A stretch of 64,000 nucleotides of DNA, from positions 58,280,001-58,344,000 of the forward strand of contig NC_043006.1 in NCBI RefSeq assembly GCF_006345805.1, given 5' to 3'. This DNA comes from Octopus sinensis. Taxonomy: Eukaryota. The notes beneath the pieces are model-generated. The model did not search any database. It saw nothing but the letters and a program-made list of their open reading frames with translations, and was not told the DNA's origin. This document shows positions 12,646 through 26,600 of the stretch, in pieces. Both the position numbers and the translations under genes were made by a program. Positions within the stretch are counted from its first letter, which is position 1. Every line of letters begins with the position of its first letter.

Positions 12646-13638
12646 GTTTAGTTTCCACAATTTAATTCAGTTCTGATACAAAGTTACTGATTTCCCTAAC
12701 ACATCAGAAACCAAATCTTGCTCAAACTATATAAATAGTATTATAATTAACTACAAATATGTACTGTATATAATTTCAAAGATCTAATCTTGTACAGAGT
12801 ATCATAATTTATTTTGACTAAGTATCAAGGTATTTTTCTTAAAGGAAACATCTAGTCAATTTAATTGACAAAGTCTGTTATTAAGAAACACAAGGACAAA
12901 CCAATGAGAACTTCAATGTGATTGCTCAACTGGCTAGAAAGAACAGACAAATCTCCTTAAAATTATACATTCTTTCAGTTAAGAAATAGAAGAACACAGA
13001 TAATGTAACCATAGATACAATATGTCTAATTTAAAAAAAAAAAAAAAACAGATGGTCTCAGCTGGAACATCTTCAGTTATATGTTTTCTGAATCGGAATT
13101 GAGCTGGAGGCTAAACAAAGTAAAAGTAAGGTATGGCATCCGCAGCTTTGAGACTCTATGTGGCAGTTGATAATTTTGAAATATTAATTAGTCTCTCTAC
13201 GTTTGCAAATCCAAATATTAATATTTTGATGATGATGATGATGAAAGAAGAAAACATCTACTTCCAAGTCTCATATGGCACGAGTTCTTCTCAATTATTC
13301 TCAATAATGCTTTTAGGAAAGCCATGAATGTGACAATATGCCAATTTTCTCTTCCTCTAAAATGTAAATTTAGAGAAAAGCTGATATTTTCTAACAAGAG
13401 CTAAATGGAAAAGTGTTTGAAATCCCAGTTAATAGCTAATCACTTAGGGAACTAATTAAAGAAAAGATGTAAGGATAGAAATACCCATTAATTATATATT
13501 ACAATCTACAACCACAGATCAAACTTGTCAGCCTAGTACTTATTCTATCAGTCTCTTTTGCCGAACCACAAAGTTACGGGGACGTTAACACACCAGTATT
13601 GTTTGTCAAGCGATGTGGGGGAGACAAACACAGACACA

Positions 13639-14079
13639 TCATCATCATCATTGTTCGACCGTGGTCGAGACAATGGAATTTACCATGCTACGCCAGACTT
13701 CACGGTCCATCATGGCATTACAGAGGTCCTGTTGCCGGATGCCTGTATCCCTGGAGATTACATCAGGGTAGGAGAGTGTGCACCCTCTGGTATTGCGAGT
13801 AGATGGCTTCCAGAGGAGAAGAGTAGAAATTACCTCTTTTTCAGCTCTACAACAATGTCCAGCAAACTGGACTCTTCTACCTTTCACAAGAGATGACACA
13901 GGTGGTAGTTTCCCATATATTTGCATTTTGGTTGGATGGCGCTTCCACGAGAGATTTTGAGCTCTCATAAGGAGGCGAGTGTAGGTTCCATCCAACCGCC
14001 TCTCAAGCTTCTTTGATAACGTCCAGGTTTCTGAGCCATATAGTAGAATTGGTTCGACTGTGGCTTTGACATTTTAAAC
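13639..14079 (-). mobile_element. 5'-truncated RTE/RTE-X-type LINE 3' end nested in a family-1 SINE
   Basis: Translation ATVEPILLYGSETWTLSKKLERRLDGTYTRLL...FAGHCCR...STTVEQ*, then (TGA)n. 12-bp TSD aacacagacaca at 13627-13638 and 14080-14091. Confidence 0.9.
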
Positions 14080-15759
14080 AACACAGACACACAAACATAT
14101 ATACACACACATACATATATATATATATACATATATACGACAGGCTACTTTCAGTTTCTGTCTACCAAATCCACACACAAGGCTTTGGTCGGCCCGAGGT
14201 TATAGTAGAAGACACTTGCCCAAGGTGCCACGCAGTGGGACTGAACCTGGAACCATGTAGTTCGTAAGCAAGCTACTTACCACACAGCCACTCCTACGCC
14301 TATTTATAGTATGTAATTATATTACATACTAGATTAAAAGCTGCCCTATCAGGCAGTTTTTAAGCTAGCTCCTGTGGATATCTCTTTATTAGGCCTTGGA
14401 TCCAACAATGACACTTCATGCATTAAATTATATTAAACTTGAAAAATATTTTTCAAGCAATGGACAATTTTCTTCAAAACAATGATATAATTTGTCATCT
14501 TAGAACTTCTTGCAAAGCTGCATGATAACTAACAGTACCACCACCATCGCCACTACATCTGCCATATACACACCAGACTTCTGACGCCACCACCATCAAT
14601 ACCTTTGACTTGGCTCCCCTCCCCTCCACCACCATCACCACTGTCTTTCACATCACTTACTCTCACCGTCATCCCTGAGCACCTCAGCTACTACCACCAC
14701 CACCACCATCATCATCACCGCCGCCTCCACAACTACAGCTCATACTATTACTATCACCCAATTACCATCATTCAATATGTTAGTTCAGTATGTTGATTCA
14801 GTGTTCAGTTCCTCTTTCTCTCACATACCCACTCTTTCTCTCTTATTATTACTCCCACTGCCACCATCAACACTAATACTTATGATAAAAACACCATCAA
14901 CTCTCCCTAAATTTCTTTGTCTCTCTTTCTCTCCCTCTCTTCACCACTGTTCTCACCATCTAGGTCTACTATTACTCTCACCCCAGCATGAGCAATAGCT
15001 GAAGTGTCGATGAATAGTGACAGAGAGGTTTGAAGTGTAACACACTGACACAGAAATTAGTTTTCACAGTTATTATATTAGATATAAATGTTTTAATCAT
15101 TTTATTTTAAATTTATAAGCGCTTAGTGGCTAGACTTTAGTAAAAATGCTAGATATGTAAATACAAACATAATCTCTTTTCTTTTTTCTTTGTTTTAACA
15201 TCCACTTTTCCATGTTTGCATGGGTTTGATGGAATTCACTGAGGCAAATGTTTTATGGCTGGATGCTCTTCCTGTCACCAACCCTGACCTGTTTCCAAAC
15301 AAGGTAATGTTTTCCCATAGCCAGAGATGAACAACATTGTTTGTATTATGGTGGCATTCATTTACATCACACAATGAAAGGACACATTCACACACGCAAA
15401 TATAACACACATATAAGTGACAGAGGTAGTATTAATACCAAGAGCTAATATTTATCCCCACTTAAACGTGAATGTTCTCTGTTAGAACAAACTATACTGT
15501 GGTAGAAATCCTGAGAGAAACTCTTAGTGGTTTTTGGTGCAAAATGCAGCCTTGTTCATATCACAAAAGGGGAGATAAATCCTTACTACCTCATGTGCTG
15601 AGACCACCAGATTACATGATTTGGACTTTTCTTGGTCTTATCAATGATGGACATCTAAACCGCTAGAGATAGCAGCGACTCATCTCACCACTAGCAAGAT
15701 ATATCAAAACAGCAACAGAACAGGCGCTGTTCTGACAGAACATCCACATTTACACTCTG

Positions 15760-15952
<193 letters not shown>

Positions 15953-15959
15953 TGTATGT

Positions 15960-16745
15960 ATTTTTCCAGTGTTTACAAATAACACAGAAAAAGAAATAAA
16001 CAGTTACCAGGGTAGCAAAAATTCACACAAGTAACAAGGATGTAACAGCCTATTTATAAAGGTAGAAACTCCAGGTTTAGGTGAAATGTTTTGTATAATA
16101 TAGATAAATAAATAAATGGAGTTAAACGCAGGTATTATTCAAATTCTTTTGCTTCCAACATATGTTTCGAAGACAACATTGGTATTATTCCAAAAGGATA
16201 AAATGGTGTAAAACAATGCAATCTTCTCATCAGAGAAAGAAACCAAACACATCAATAAGACATTTTAACAGAATGTTATGACTGCATATATGATAAAGGG
16301 AACGCTATCAAGTTTTTTTTTTAAAAACCGTTAGTAGATATAACATCAAAGGTAGTTTATAGAAAGAGGAGGAGAAAGAAAGAAATTAGCAGAAAACTAA
16401 GTGGAGAGATATAGAGTGATAGGTGAATTAAAATAAAGCTTAAAGGAATAGAAGTAGATATATTTAGTGGAAGTGCAATGTAAGAAGACAGTCAAAGGTT
16501 AAATTTTATAGAATGGTAGAAATCATTTATAGAAACTAAAGGTATGTTTCCTAATGTTTGCAATGATAAACGCATTCTATAAACGTGTTTACAAGGGGAT
16601 TCTTTGAGAATAGGATAAAAAACATTTCACTATTACAAACGGAGCTAAAAGAATAACCTTTGCTATAAGGTAAAGAAATAGAGAGAATATTCCATTCCAA
16701 ATTAAAATGTTTATTATGATCTTTTAGATACCAATGGATGTGATA
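15960..16745 (-). mobile_element. Penelope-like element 3' part (GIY-YIG C-terminus plus 3' region)
   Basis: Minus-strand IHWYLKDHNKHFNLEWNILS...VCNSEMFFIL...LVN...CKH* matches the PLE endonuclease tail pattern W.LK...W.IL...C..E...I...L.N...C.H. A hammerhead-like gaaacatatgtt lies downstream. Confidence 0.7.
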
Positions 16746-18080
16746 TATCTCAACTTTGCCAAGGCTTTTGACAAGGTCAATCATGGGGTGGTCTATCACA
16801 AATTGCATGACCTCGGTATCACTGGCAGACTGGGAGAACGGCTACATGATTTCCTGATGAGCAGAAGTCAATGTCACAGCAAATGGTGCTCTCTCTGAAG
16901 TGACACCAATCTTCAGCTGAGTTCTCCAGGGAACAGTGCTAGGACCACTACTGTTTGTAGTTGCTCTCTCAGCCACAGTGTCAGCCACACTCACTAACTA
17001 CACTGACGATACAAAAGTATCGCAGGTGGTCAAGGATACTACTAACATCCTAAGACTGCAGAATGACCTGAACACAATATATAAGTGGGCAAATGAGAAT
17101 AATACGCAGTCCAATGCCACAAAATTTCAAGCACTCCACTATCAGTCCACAAACAAACAACAGCTGAAGTACACAAGACCAGAAAATAATGTGATCCCAG
17201 AGTTAGAGTTGGTGCGCGACCTAGAAATCCACATGAGCAGCGACGCAACTTTCCATGAGCACATTGCTCAGTTGGCAACACTATGCAGACAGGTGTTAAG
17301 TTGGATCCTTAGACCCTTCAGGATCAGGAAGAGAGACACAATGCAACTGCTTTGGAGAAACCTTGTCCTCAGTTGTCTGGACTACTGTACTCAAATGTGG
17401 TTACCATAGAGCGTAAGACTAATTACGGAACTAGAGGCAATCCAGAACCACTACAAAAAAGATAGACTCAGTAAAACACATGGGCTACTGGAAGAGGTTA
17501 AAGGAACTAGGACTCTACTCCCTGGAGAGGAGACGTGAGAGATATGCAGAGCTATACATATGGAAAATAATGGAGGGTCTAGTGCTAAATTTTGAAATTG
17601 AAAGCTACAACAATCCCTGAACTGGGGTGTATTATTCAGTACCAAAGGTCCCATCTTCTCCATCAAGGATACAAACCCAGTATTGTGATAGCTTGGGATT
17701 CAAGGAACCACAACTTTTTAATGCCCAACAACAGAAGGGCAAAAGTCAATGCCACAGCAAATGGTGTTCTCTCTGAAGTGACACCAATCCTCAGCAGAGT
17801 TCTCCAGGGAACAGTGCTGGGGCCACTACTGTTTGTAGTTGCTCTCTCAGCCATAGAGTCAGCCACACTCACCAACTACACTGACGATACAAAAGTATCA
17901 CAGGCGAATTGTGGACATGGAAGTCTTCAAAAAACGTTCAGACAGTTTTTTATTTGCAATACAGGATGAACCCACTATGTGGGGGGAGGCACAAAAAAGA
18001 GCAGGAGCATCCAACTCACTACTTCACCAGAAGCAATACTGGAAAACCCCCCGGATACAGTAAAGGTGGGGCACCAGCAT
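16738..18080 (+). mobile_element. CR1-type LINE RT to 3' end, degenerate, with an internal duplication
   Basis: DVIYLNFAKAFDKV, QGTVLGPLLF, YTDDT and LDYCTQMW motifs, with stops and frameshifts. Confidence 0.9.
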
Positions 18081-18174
18081 AAATGTACACTAATTTTATA
18101 TGAAAATTATGTTGTCTATTAACTATTTTATGCATGCTGGCCACTGGTAGAAAATTTCTCTAATTCTTCTTCCC

Positions 18175-18207
<33 letters not shown>

Positions 18208-18230
18208 ATACATATATATGTATATATGCA

Positions 18231-18293
<63 letters not shown>

Positions 18294-18743
18294 GTATCTT
18301 GAGTGAGCGAGCAAGCAAGCAAGCAGTTAAACCAGCCATATCTGGTCCAAATGTTCTATATGTTTTATGTTGAAAATGACAGGTTCTGGTCTCTCACACC
18401 TACCCTACAATGTCATTCTAAAGCTAAAGAATTACATCCTTGAAATTTTGAAGTGACAAGATAATGTACGGTAAATTGAAGACAACGTGAATGAATAGGC
18501 ATTATATTCGATAGGATAAATCTGAATGCAAAAGGTTTAAATTTAGTAAACTGAAAATACATTACAAATATAACGATTAATTTAAGAACAAAACAAAAAG
18601 GAATAACAGGTAAATGATAAATATAAATAAAGGGACAAAAAAAAAGAAAAAGTAGAAGGTAACATTAGAATGTAAAAGAGAGAAAAAACACATGACTTGA
18701 GGAAAACTGGGAAAAACATTAACTGCAGACTATATCAATGTAC

Positions 18744-18955
18744 CTGCGAAATTTAAGTGCTATTTGATCCCAGTTCTGTTCTATGAGTGTCTCATGGTTG
18801 TCCTGCACAGAATTCAGAGAGGCCACTGACGTCTCTGTTGTGTGCGGACTGAGAGCAGAGCGTAGTGGTAATGAAATACCTTCAGAAGATGAAAGCGCCA
18901 TCAGATCTTCAAAGATAAGTTCTTCACAGCCTGGATGCTTTTCAAGACTATTTTG
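18744..18955 (-). CDS. Exon (QNSLEKHPGCEELIFEDLMAL...NWDQIALKFR)
   Basis: Acceptor ttttttatctcttgcag|CAA and donor CGCAG|gtacat. Length 212 nt, with a single open frame, phase 0 to phase 2. Confidence 0.85.
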
Positions 18956-19044
18956 CTGCAAGAGATAAAAAAGAAAAAAAAATCATCTATATATACATAC
19001 ATACATGAGAGTGTGTGTGTGTGTATGTGTGTGTTTGTGTGTGT

Positions 19045-19450
19045 ATTAGGTTGAAAATATCATGTTGCATTTTTGACATGATCACTTTCAAGGTATTTTT
19101 TCAATACTTCTGGTAAAATAAGCATCAATTTTGACATTCTAATGCTTTGTTATTCTTTCTTTATACCATAGTGGTCAAATTTGTACCAAGTTTACCCTTT
19201 TAAAAAGAGTTTAGATCGGACCCCTGTCACATACTGTATGCTTTACGAATTCAAAAGGGCCTTTTCAGCAATGGAAGTGATATGAAATATTTGTTCTAGT
19301 TATGGAAACAAAACTAAGTATTCAGCCATGCCAACAAATGGGTTGACCAGTTTCACTTGGGAAATTTTTCTCTGCGGATTCCTGTCCATCTAGACAAAAC
19401 CTGACTGACAAAACCCAAAGAGCATCCAGATATACTACCACCACTACTGG
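19045..19450 (+). mobile_element. mariner transposon 5' relic
   Basis: TIR-like tattaggttg; LYEFKRAFSAMEVI*NICSSYG followed by a shifted GNFSL (HTH region). Confidence 0.75.
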
Positions 19451-19620
19451 ATGTTTATCATTTGCAACTGATATGTTTGTAAGTTATTTAACACTGTACA
19501 TATACAACAGATATTACCTCAAAACAAATACCCCAGTTAATTAGGCTTTCTGTAATGTATCTGTGTTAGGTATGATGCATATATTGCTATTTTAAACTGT
19601 TTCTGTTGCACATAGTAAAT

Positions 19621-19663
<43 letters not shown>

Positions 19664-19671
19664 TGTGTGTG

Positions 19672-20480
19672 TACAGGGTGCAATGGGTAAATTGACACCA
19701 TTTTATATTTTTTATTTCGCGCATGTGCAGTGTTTATTTTTGATTTTGTCAACTACACAGTATAGTAGGGTCAGTTGGGCACCATCTATGAGAAAAACAG
19801 CATCATGAGACAGTTCACTCTACCAGAAATTTGGAAACGGCATGCTGTACTGCTTGACATTCACAGTAGAAGCAATACAAATCCTGCTGAGAGTGATAAA
19901 AATCAAACATCCAGTCAACATCATGGTGTTTGGAGTGATCACTAGTGACGGCAACATTATACCTCCATTCATCTTCCCCACACAGCCTTAGACTCAACAC
20001 GGAGGTCTGCAACAAGTACCTGGAAGAGATAGTGCTGCTGTGGGTCAAGAGGGTGGCTGCTGGAAGACCCTATGTATGGCAACAGGACTCTCCACCATGT
20101 CACACAAGCAGGAGAACCTAGTCATGGCTGTCAGACAATTTCTGCAACCATATCACCCCAAACATCACTCACCAGACTGCAACCCCCTTGATTATTATGT
20201 GCAGGTTGCAACTGAGCTAGAGACCAACAAAACTCCTTGTAACACCAAAGATGGACTGAAGGCAAGGATTATGGCAGTATTCACCAACTTAAACAAGGAG
20301 AACATCCAGAAGAGTTGCAGGAGATTCTGAAGTTGTCTGGTTAAAGCCAATGGTGATTTTATTGAATAAATTTACTCTTTAGTATTTCAAGATTTTTTTT
20401 TGTAATTTTGGTAAATATATCTGTTAAAAATGAGATGTCAGTGTTATTTTCATTTTTGCATAATTTAGACAACTATTTAT
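19672..20480 (+). mobile_element. maT/DD37D-like Tc1-mariner element, internally deleted
   Basis: TA-cagggtg terminus; IMVFGVITSDG, YVWQQDSPPCHTSRR and SPDCNPLDYYV motifs. Confidence 0.8.
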
Positions 20481-21387
20481 TCACCACACCGTGCATGTGC
20501 GTGTGTGTGTGTGTATAGAGAGAGACAGACAGAGCTACATACACACACATGCATATATATATTGACACACACATACCGATGTATATGTACATATATATAT
20601 ATTCATATACACATGCATATATATGTACACACACACACACACACACACATATGTATGTATACACACACACACACACACATATGCACATATATGTACTGGC
20701 GCCAGCCAATTACTTAGGCTCCCTTAAAGTGACAGGTGAGTGAATAAGTGAATGAGAACCTCTCCAGAGCTGGCACATAAACTGTACTCAGTAAATCCTG
20801 TAAAGTGGTTGGTAAACTGACTAGAGAAGAATATATAGGATTCTTGAGGCTCTTTATTCAACTTCTCTAAAGTTAGTGCCACAAAAAAATACACCTAGTG
20901 CACTCTGTAAAGTTATTTAGTAACAGGAAAGGAATCCAATTGTAGAAACCAGAGCCAAATGACAAGTACGAACAGCAGTCTGTGGAAACAGCAGTGACTC
21001 AGATCATGATGATTGTCCGACCATGCCTGTTGCCATGGAAAGTGGACATAATGATGATGGTGATGATAATGGTACCTGTGTGTATGTGTGTGTGTGTGCA
21101 CTTGTGCAAGTGTTTGTTTCTGTGTGTATTCACACTGACACCATTTGAGCACTGGTACATTTGTTCATGTCTCCCATAAACAATATGTCACATGGCTCAA
21201 TAGTGGCAGTGCTTTAGTCTAAAGATCTGCAGAATAAAAAAATACCATATTTAGAAATTTAATAATAAAAAAAAAAAAAACCCATAGTGGCTGACAACAA
21301 GAAGGGTATCCAGCTTCAGGATACTACCTCATTCAGTCTCTTCAATCACCAACTCAAGCCAGCACAGGTAAATGTAACTGAACATAA

Positions 21388-21562
21388 ATGATGATGATGG
21401 TAACAATGATGATGCTGATGCTGATGATGATTACAATCACGGTGGTGATGATAGTAATGATAATGATGGTGGTGATTATAGTAATGATAATGATAGTCAC
21501 AGTAGTGGTAGTGATAGTGGTGGTGATGATGATAATAATGATTAGTGGTAATGATGATGATG
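21388..21562. repeat. Degenerate (ATG/GTG/ATA) trinucleotide tract
   Basis: Read directly from the sequence. Confidence 0.9.
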
Positions 21563-22140
21563 ACCTTAGATCAAATCAAGTGTTTCCTATTTTCTAAAAC
21601 ATCTTCAAAGGGCAAACTGATCTCTCACAGAAATATTGTTCAATATTTATATAAAATCATATTAAAGGAAAACAGTCAACAACTGAATATCTAAAGAGAG
21701 AGAGAGAGCAACAAGAAGAAGATGTATAAAAAGGATGAGAAAAAAAATGGAATATGAAAGGATGGAAAAAAAAAAAAAAAGAGACAGAACTTCAGATGAC
21801 TTATCTGATAGAGAAACTATTTAAACTAGAGTGGAAGATATAAATAAAGGCTTCTAATATATAATTAACAGTAAGATGGCAAGCTGGCAGAATCATTAGC
21901 ACACCAGGCTTAGCAGCATTTCGTCTGTCTGTACACTTCTGAGTTCAAATATCACTGAGGTTAACTTTGCCTTTCATCTTTTTGGGATCAATATCAGTTG
22001 ATTACTGTGGTCAATCTAATCAATTTACCCCTCCTCTGGAACTGCTGGTTTTGAGCCAAAATTTGAAATCATTATTATTATTATTAAGGCAGTGCGCTGG
22101 TGGAGTTGTTAGCACACTTTAGCTTCTGCTATGAAACCGC

Positions 22141-22441
22141 TGAAATTTAGAATGCAAATAATCACCAAGATTATTGAAAAATATAGGCCCTTATTGCCTC
22201 CCACAAAACCAGGAAGACCATCATTGATCTCACATCCAACAAAATTTGCCCCAGCTGGTCACTTTCCCATGGAAATACCACCAAGTAATAAGAAAAGAAC
22301 CCTACAAGACAGTGTGCAAAATGCACAGAGAAGAGAGACGCTAAAGGAAAGAAAATTCAAAGAGAAAGCAGAGACATGTGTGATGTCTACAAGATAACTT
22401 TGTGTGTAACTCCTTGTTTTAAAAATTATCATTCTAAATAA
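22141..22441 (+). mobile_element. piggyBac transposase C-terminal relic (cysteine-rich domain)
   Basis: GHFPMEIPP, then after a frameshift NPTRQCAKC...RESRDMCDVYKITLCVTPCFKNYH*, the typical C..C...C..C...LC..PCF..YH pattern. Confidence 0.85.
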
Positions 22442-23043
22442 ACTGACTATCTCATTTTTAAAAAAATTTCCTTTGATTTAAAAGCAATACATCTTATAAA
22501 AAAATCGAAGATAGTTAAGTTATTTGTATTTTTTCAATGTCCGAGTTAACTCATTTAATCCAAATGAGTAAAAGTACATTTTAATTTCTATAATAAAAGA
22601 ATAAAGGAAACAAGATAAAAAAAACATTTTTTTGTAATTAACACAGTGTATATAATTAAAAAAGGAAATAAAAAAATATGCTCTAAAATAAACGCCATGT
22701 CAAAATAATTGATCCATTAAGGGGAGGCAATATGTTCAGCAAAATGTTTTGCAGCATTTTCTCTGTCTTTATGTTCTGAGTTCAAATGTCACTGAGGTCA
22801 ACTTTGCCTTTCATCCTTTTGGAGTCAATAAAATAAATATCAGTTGAGCACCGGGGTCAATCTAATCAACCTATCTCTCCCCAAAAATTGCCAGTCTTGT
22901 GCCAAAACTTGAAAGTAATATAGAAATCAACTGTTTATAACCATGTATCAGTAAAAATAGATTTTTGTTTGGCAAGCGGTTGCCAGTGGGTATGTGTTAC
23001 TGATAGAGCCCAAAGAGGCAGAAATGCACTCTAACATTCTCAC

Positions 23044-23198
23044 CACCACTGCTGGATGATTTATATCTGCTATTGATAATGTTTCTTTGTTAGTTAACAT
23101 TGTACATCTGTCTAGAAGAGATATATTCTCTAGACAAGTACAGCAGTTAATTAGGCTTTCCGTAGTATCTGTGTTAACTATCATACACAGAGAGCTAT
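23044..23198 (-). CDS. Exon (SSLCMIVNTDTTESLINCC...DINHPAVV)
   Basis: Acceptor taatttcag|AT and donor GTG|gtgaga. Length 155 nt, ending in phase 0 as the 18955 exon requires. The donor choice is less certain. Confidence 0.65.
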
Positions 23199-23643
23199 CT
23201 GAAATTAATACTGCTTCTGTTGCACATGGACATAAAACAACACATGCTTTTCTTTGGACTATCTGCTCATCATCATCATCATCATCCTATAACATCCATT
23301 TTCCATGCTGGCATGGGTTGTATGGTTTGATCAGAGCTGGCAAGCTGGAGAGTTGTTTCAGGTTCCAGTCTGGTTTGGCTTGTTTTCTATGGTTGGATAC
23401 CCTTCCTAATGCCAATCACTTTACAGAATGATCTGAGTGCTGTTAATGTGGCACCACATGAGTGCTTTTATGTGGTACTGGCACGTGTGTTTTTACATGA
23501 CACCAGCACATGTCTCTTGCAAGCCAATCCTCTTCACCAGGAAGAGTCACTTTAACACTTCTGCTATAAAGCAGAGCTCTTCTTGAGTACTCCTTTTACT
23601 TTTCTCTGGAATTTCTCCCCTATCTGACCAAGAGCCAAGCTCA

Positions 23644-26600
23644 AGACCACATTTCTATTCCTATTTATCCACCTAAATTTCTACCAAGTATCAGTCTAAT
23701 ATATTCACTGTGTACATCCAATTGATTTCTGTTGCTTTCTTCCTATTTTTTTCTATTCTTGGATTTGCCTATATATATATGTGTGTATATATATACACAT
23801 ACGTAAAATCTTAATACAAGATGGATATTAAACAGGTTTTATTACAAATCAATGCAATTGTCTCAAAGCATCAATACCAGCTGTTAATTAGTGAATGTTA
23901 CATAAACTATAAACAATATTGTATTAATGATTCAATGGCAGTTGTGCACATGTGCATCCTTAGGTCACCAGAGGGTGTGTGTGGGTGTGCATATGTCAAA
24001 CTGCCCAGCTAATGCTAGCAAAGAATATGAACATTAAATGATGATAATGATATAATGAAGATTTTATTGTTAAAGGGAATCAACTACTTAAACTAGAGTA
24101 AAATAACTAGACATAAATAATATATTCTTATTATCAACTCTCTCATAGCCAATGACTGGTGTAGCAGCAGCATTGTAGTTGACTGCTACAAAGGCAAAGG
24201 TGATACCTTAGGCAGAAATAATTATAGAGGCATCAAATTGCTGGGCCAGGTGATGAAAGTTACAGAAAGAGTCATAGCTCAATTGATTAAGAAGGGAGTT
24301 AATGTAGATAAGACACAGTTCAGATCTGTGCCAGGCAGGAGTATGACTGATGCTATATTCCTGGTTAGGCAACTGCAAGAGAGGCCTTTAGCTATTTAGC
24401 TTTTGTCAACATTGATAAAGCTTTTGACAGGGTCCCCAGCTCCCTTATCTAGTAATCAATGCAGAAGCTAGGAATAGATGAGTGGTTAGTGAGAGCAGTA
24501 CAAGCCATGAATAGGGATGCTACCAGTAAGGTGAAGGTTGGCCATGAGTATAGCGATGAATTCAGTGTACAGGTAGGAGTTCACCAAGGATCAGTTCTCA
24601 GGCCCCTCCTGTTTATCTTAGTTTTCCAAGCCTTAACAGAGGAATTGAAGACCAGCTGTTCTGGGAACGCCTCTATGCTGATGACTGTTCTTATCGCTGA
24701 ATCATTACCTAAACTAGAAGAAATTTCAGGTGTGGAAACAAGGCTTGGAATCTAAGGACCTCAGAGTTAGTTTAGCAAAAACCAAAGTCTAAATAAGTAG
24801 GAAAGCAAACAAATCACAGGTCCCTTCTGAGAGATGACCCTGCTTGATATGTAAGCAGGGTGTTGGTAGAAACTCCATACGCTGTACCTAGTGCACAAGC
24901 TTTGGATATATAAGAGGTGTAGTGGTATCACAGGAAGGTTAACAGAGAATATAGTCTTTGTGTGGTAAAGGTGCAGGTACAACAAGCACCAAAAATGTGC
25001 AGACAATAGGCTCCCTCAAATGATTGGTAGGATCATTAAAAGTAGTAGATAGTTTTTATTACCTAGTAGACCAAGTTAGCAGTGGTGGAGGAAGTTCTGA
25101 AAGTGTAGTTGTTATGATAAGAACAGGTTGGGCAAAATTCAGAGAGCTTCTATCTTTGTTGGGAACTAAGGGCCTCTCCCTCAGAGTGAAAAGCAGATTG
25201 CGTGATGTCTGTGTACATACAGCTATGTTACATGGCAGTGAAATATGGGCTTTGACTACAGAGGACTTGTGAAGGCTTGAAAAAAATGAAGCTGGCATGC
25301 TCTGCTGGATGGGTAATGTCAGTGTGCATGTACAACAGAGTGTAAATGGTTGAAGAGAAAAACTGGGTATAAGAGGCATCAGATGTTGTGTGCAAGAGAG
25401 AAGACTGTGCTGGTTTGGTCATGCGATGTGTATGGATAAGGACAGCTGTTTAAAGAAGTGCTGGACTCTAATTGTGGAGAGTACCTGTGGAAGGGGCAGA
25501 CCCAGGAAGATGTGGGATGAAATGGTGAAAAAAAATATTCAGATGCTGGGCCTCACTGAAAAAATGACAAGGGACTGGGAGATGTGACGATTTACTGTAC
25601 TTGATAAGACAAGTCAAGCTAAGTAAAATCGCTGTCTTGCAAGCTTGTCCTTTCAGGTGCCAGTACCACATGGAAAGCACCATACCAGTGCTCTGTAAAT
25701 ACACCCATGCCAGTGCTACATAAACACACCCATGCTGGTCGCATGTAAAAAAAAAACACAGTCTTCTCTCTTGCACACAACATCTGATGCCTCTTATACC
25801 CAGTTTTTCTCTTCAACCATTTACACTCTGTTGTACATGCACACTGACATTACCCATCCAGCAGAGCATGCCAGCTTCATTTTTTTCAAGCCTTCACAAG
25901 TCCTCTGTAGTCAAAGCCCATATTTCACTGCCATGTAACATAGCTGTATGTACACAGACATCACGCAATCTGCCTTTCACTCTGAGGGAGAGGCCCTTAG
26001 TTCCCAACAAAGATAGAAGCTCTCTGAATTTTGCCCAACCTGTTCTTATCATAACAACTACACTTTCAGAACTTCCTCCACCACTGCTAACTTGGTCTAC
26101 TAGGTAATAAAAACTATCTACTACTTTTAATGATCCTACCAATCATTTGAGGGAGCCTATTGTCTGCACATTTTTGGTGCTTGTTGTACCTGCACCTTTA
26201 CCACACAAAGACTATATTCTCTGTTAACCTTCCTGTGATACCACTACACCTCTTATATATCCAAAGCTTGTGCACTAGGTACAGCGTATGGAGTTTCTAC
26301 CAACACCCTGCTTACATATCAAGCAGGGTCATCTCTCAGAAGGGACCTGTGATTTGTTTGCTTTCCTACTTATTTAGACTTTGGTTTTTGCTAAACTAAC
26401 TCTGAGGTCCTTAGATTCCAAGCCTTGTTTCCACACCTGAAATTTCTTCTAGTTTAGGTAATGATTCAGCGATAAGAACAGTCATCAGCATAGAGGCGTT
26501 CCCAGAACAGCTGGTCTTCAATTCCTCTGTTAAGGCTTGGAAAACTAAGATAAACAGGAGGGGCCTGAGAACTGATCCTTGGTGAACTCCTACCTGTACA

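Noticed and set aside
21388-21597. Met/Val/Ile-rich ORF as a membrane protein
   Set aside because: It is a degenerate trinucleotide repeat.
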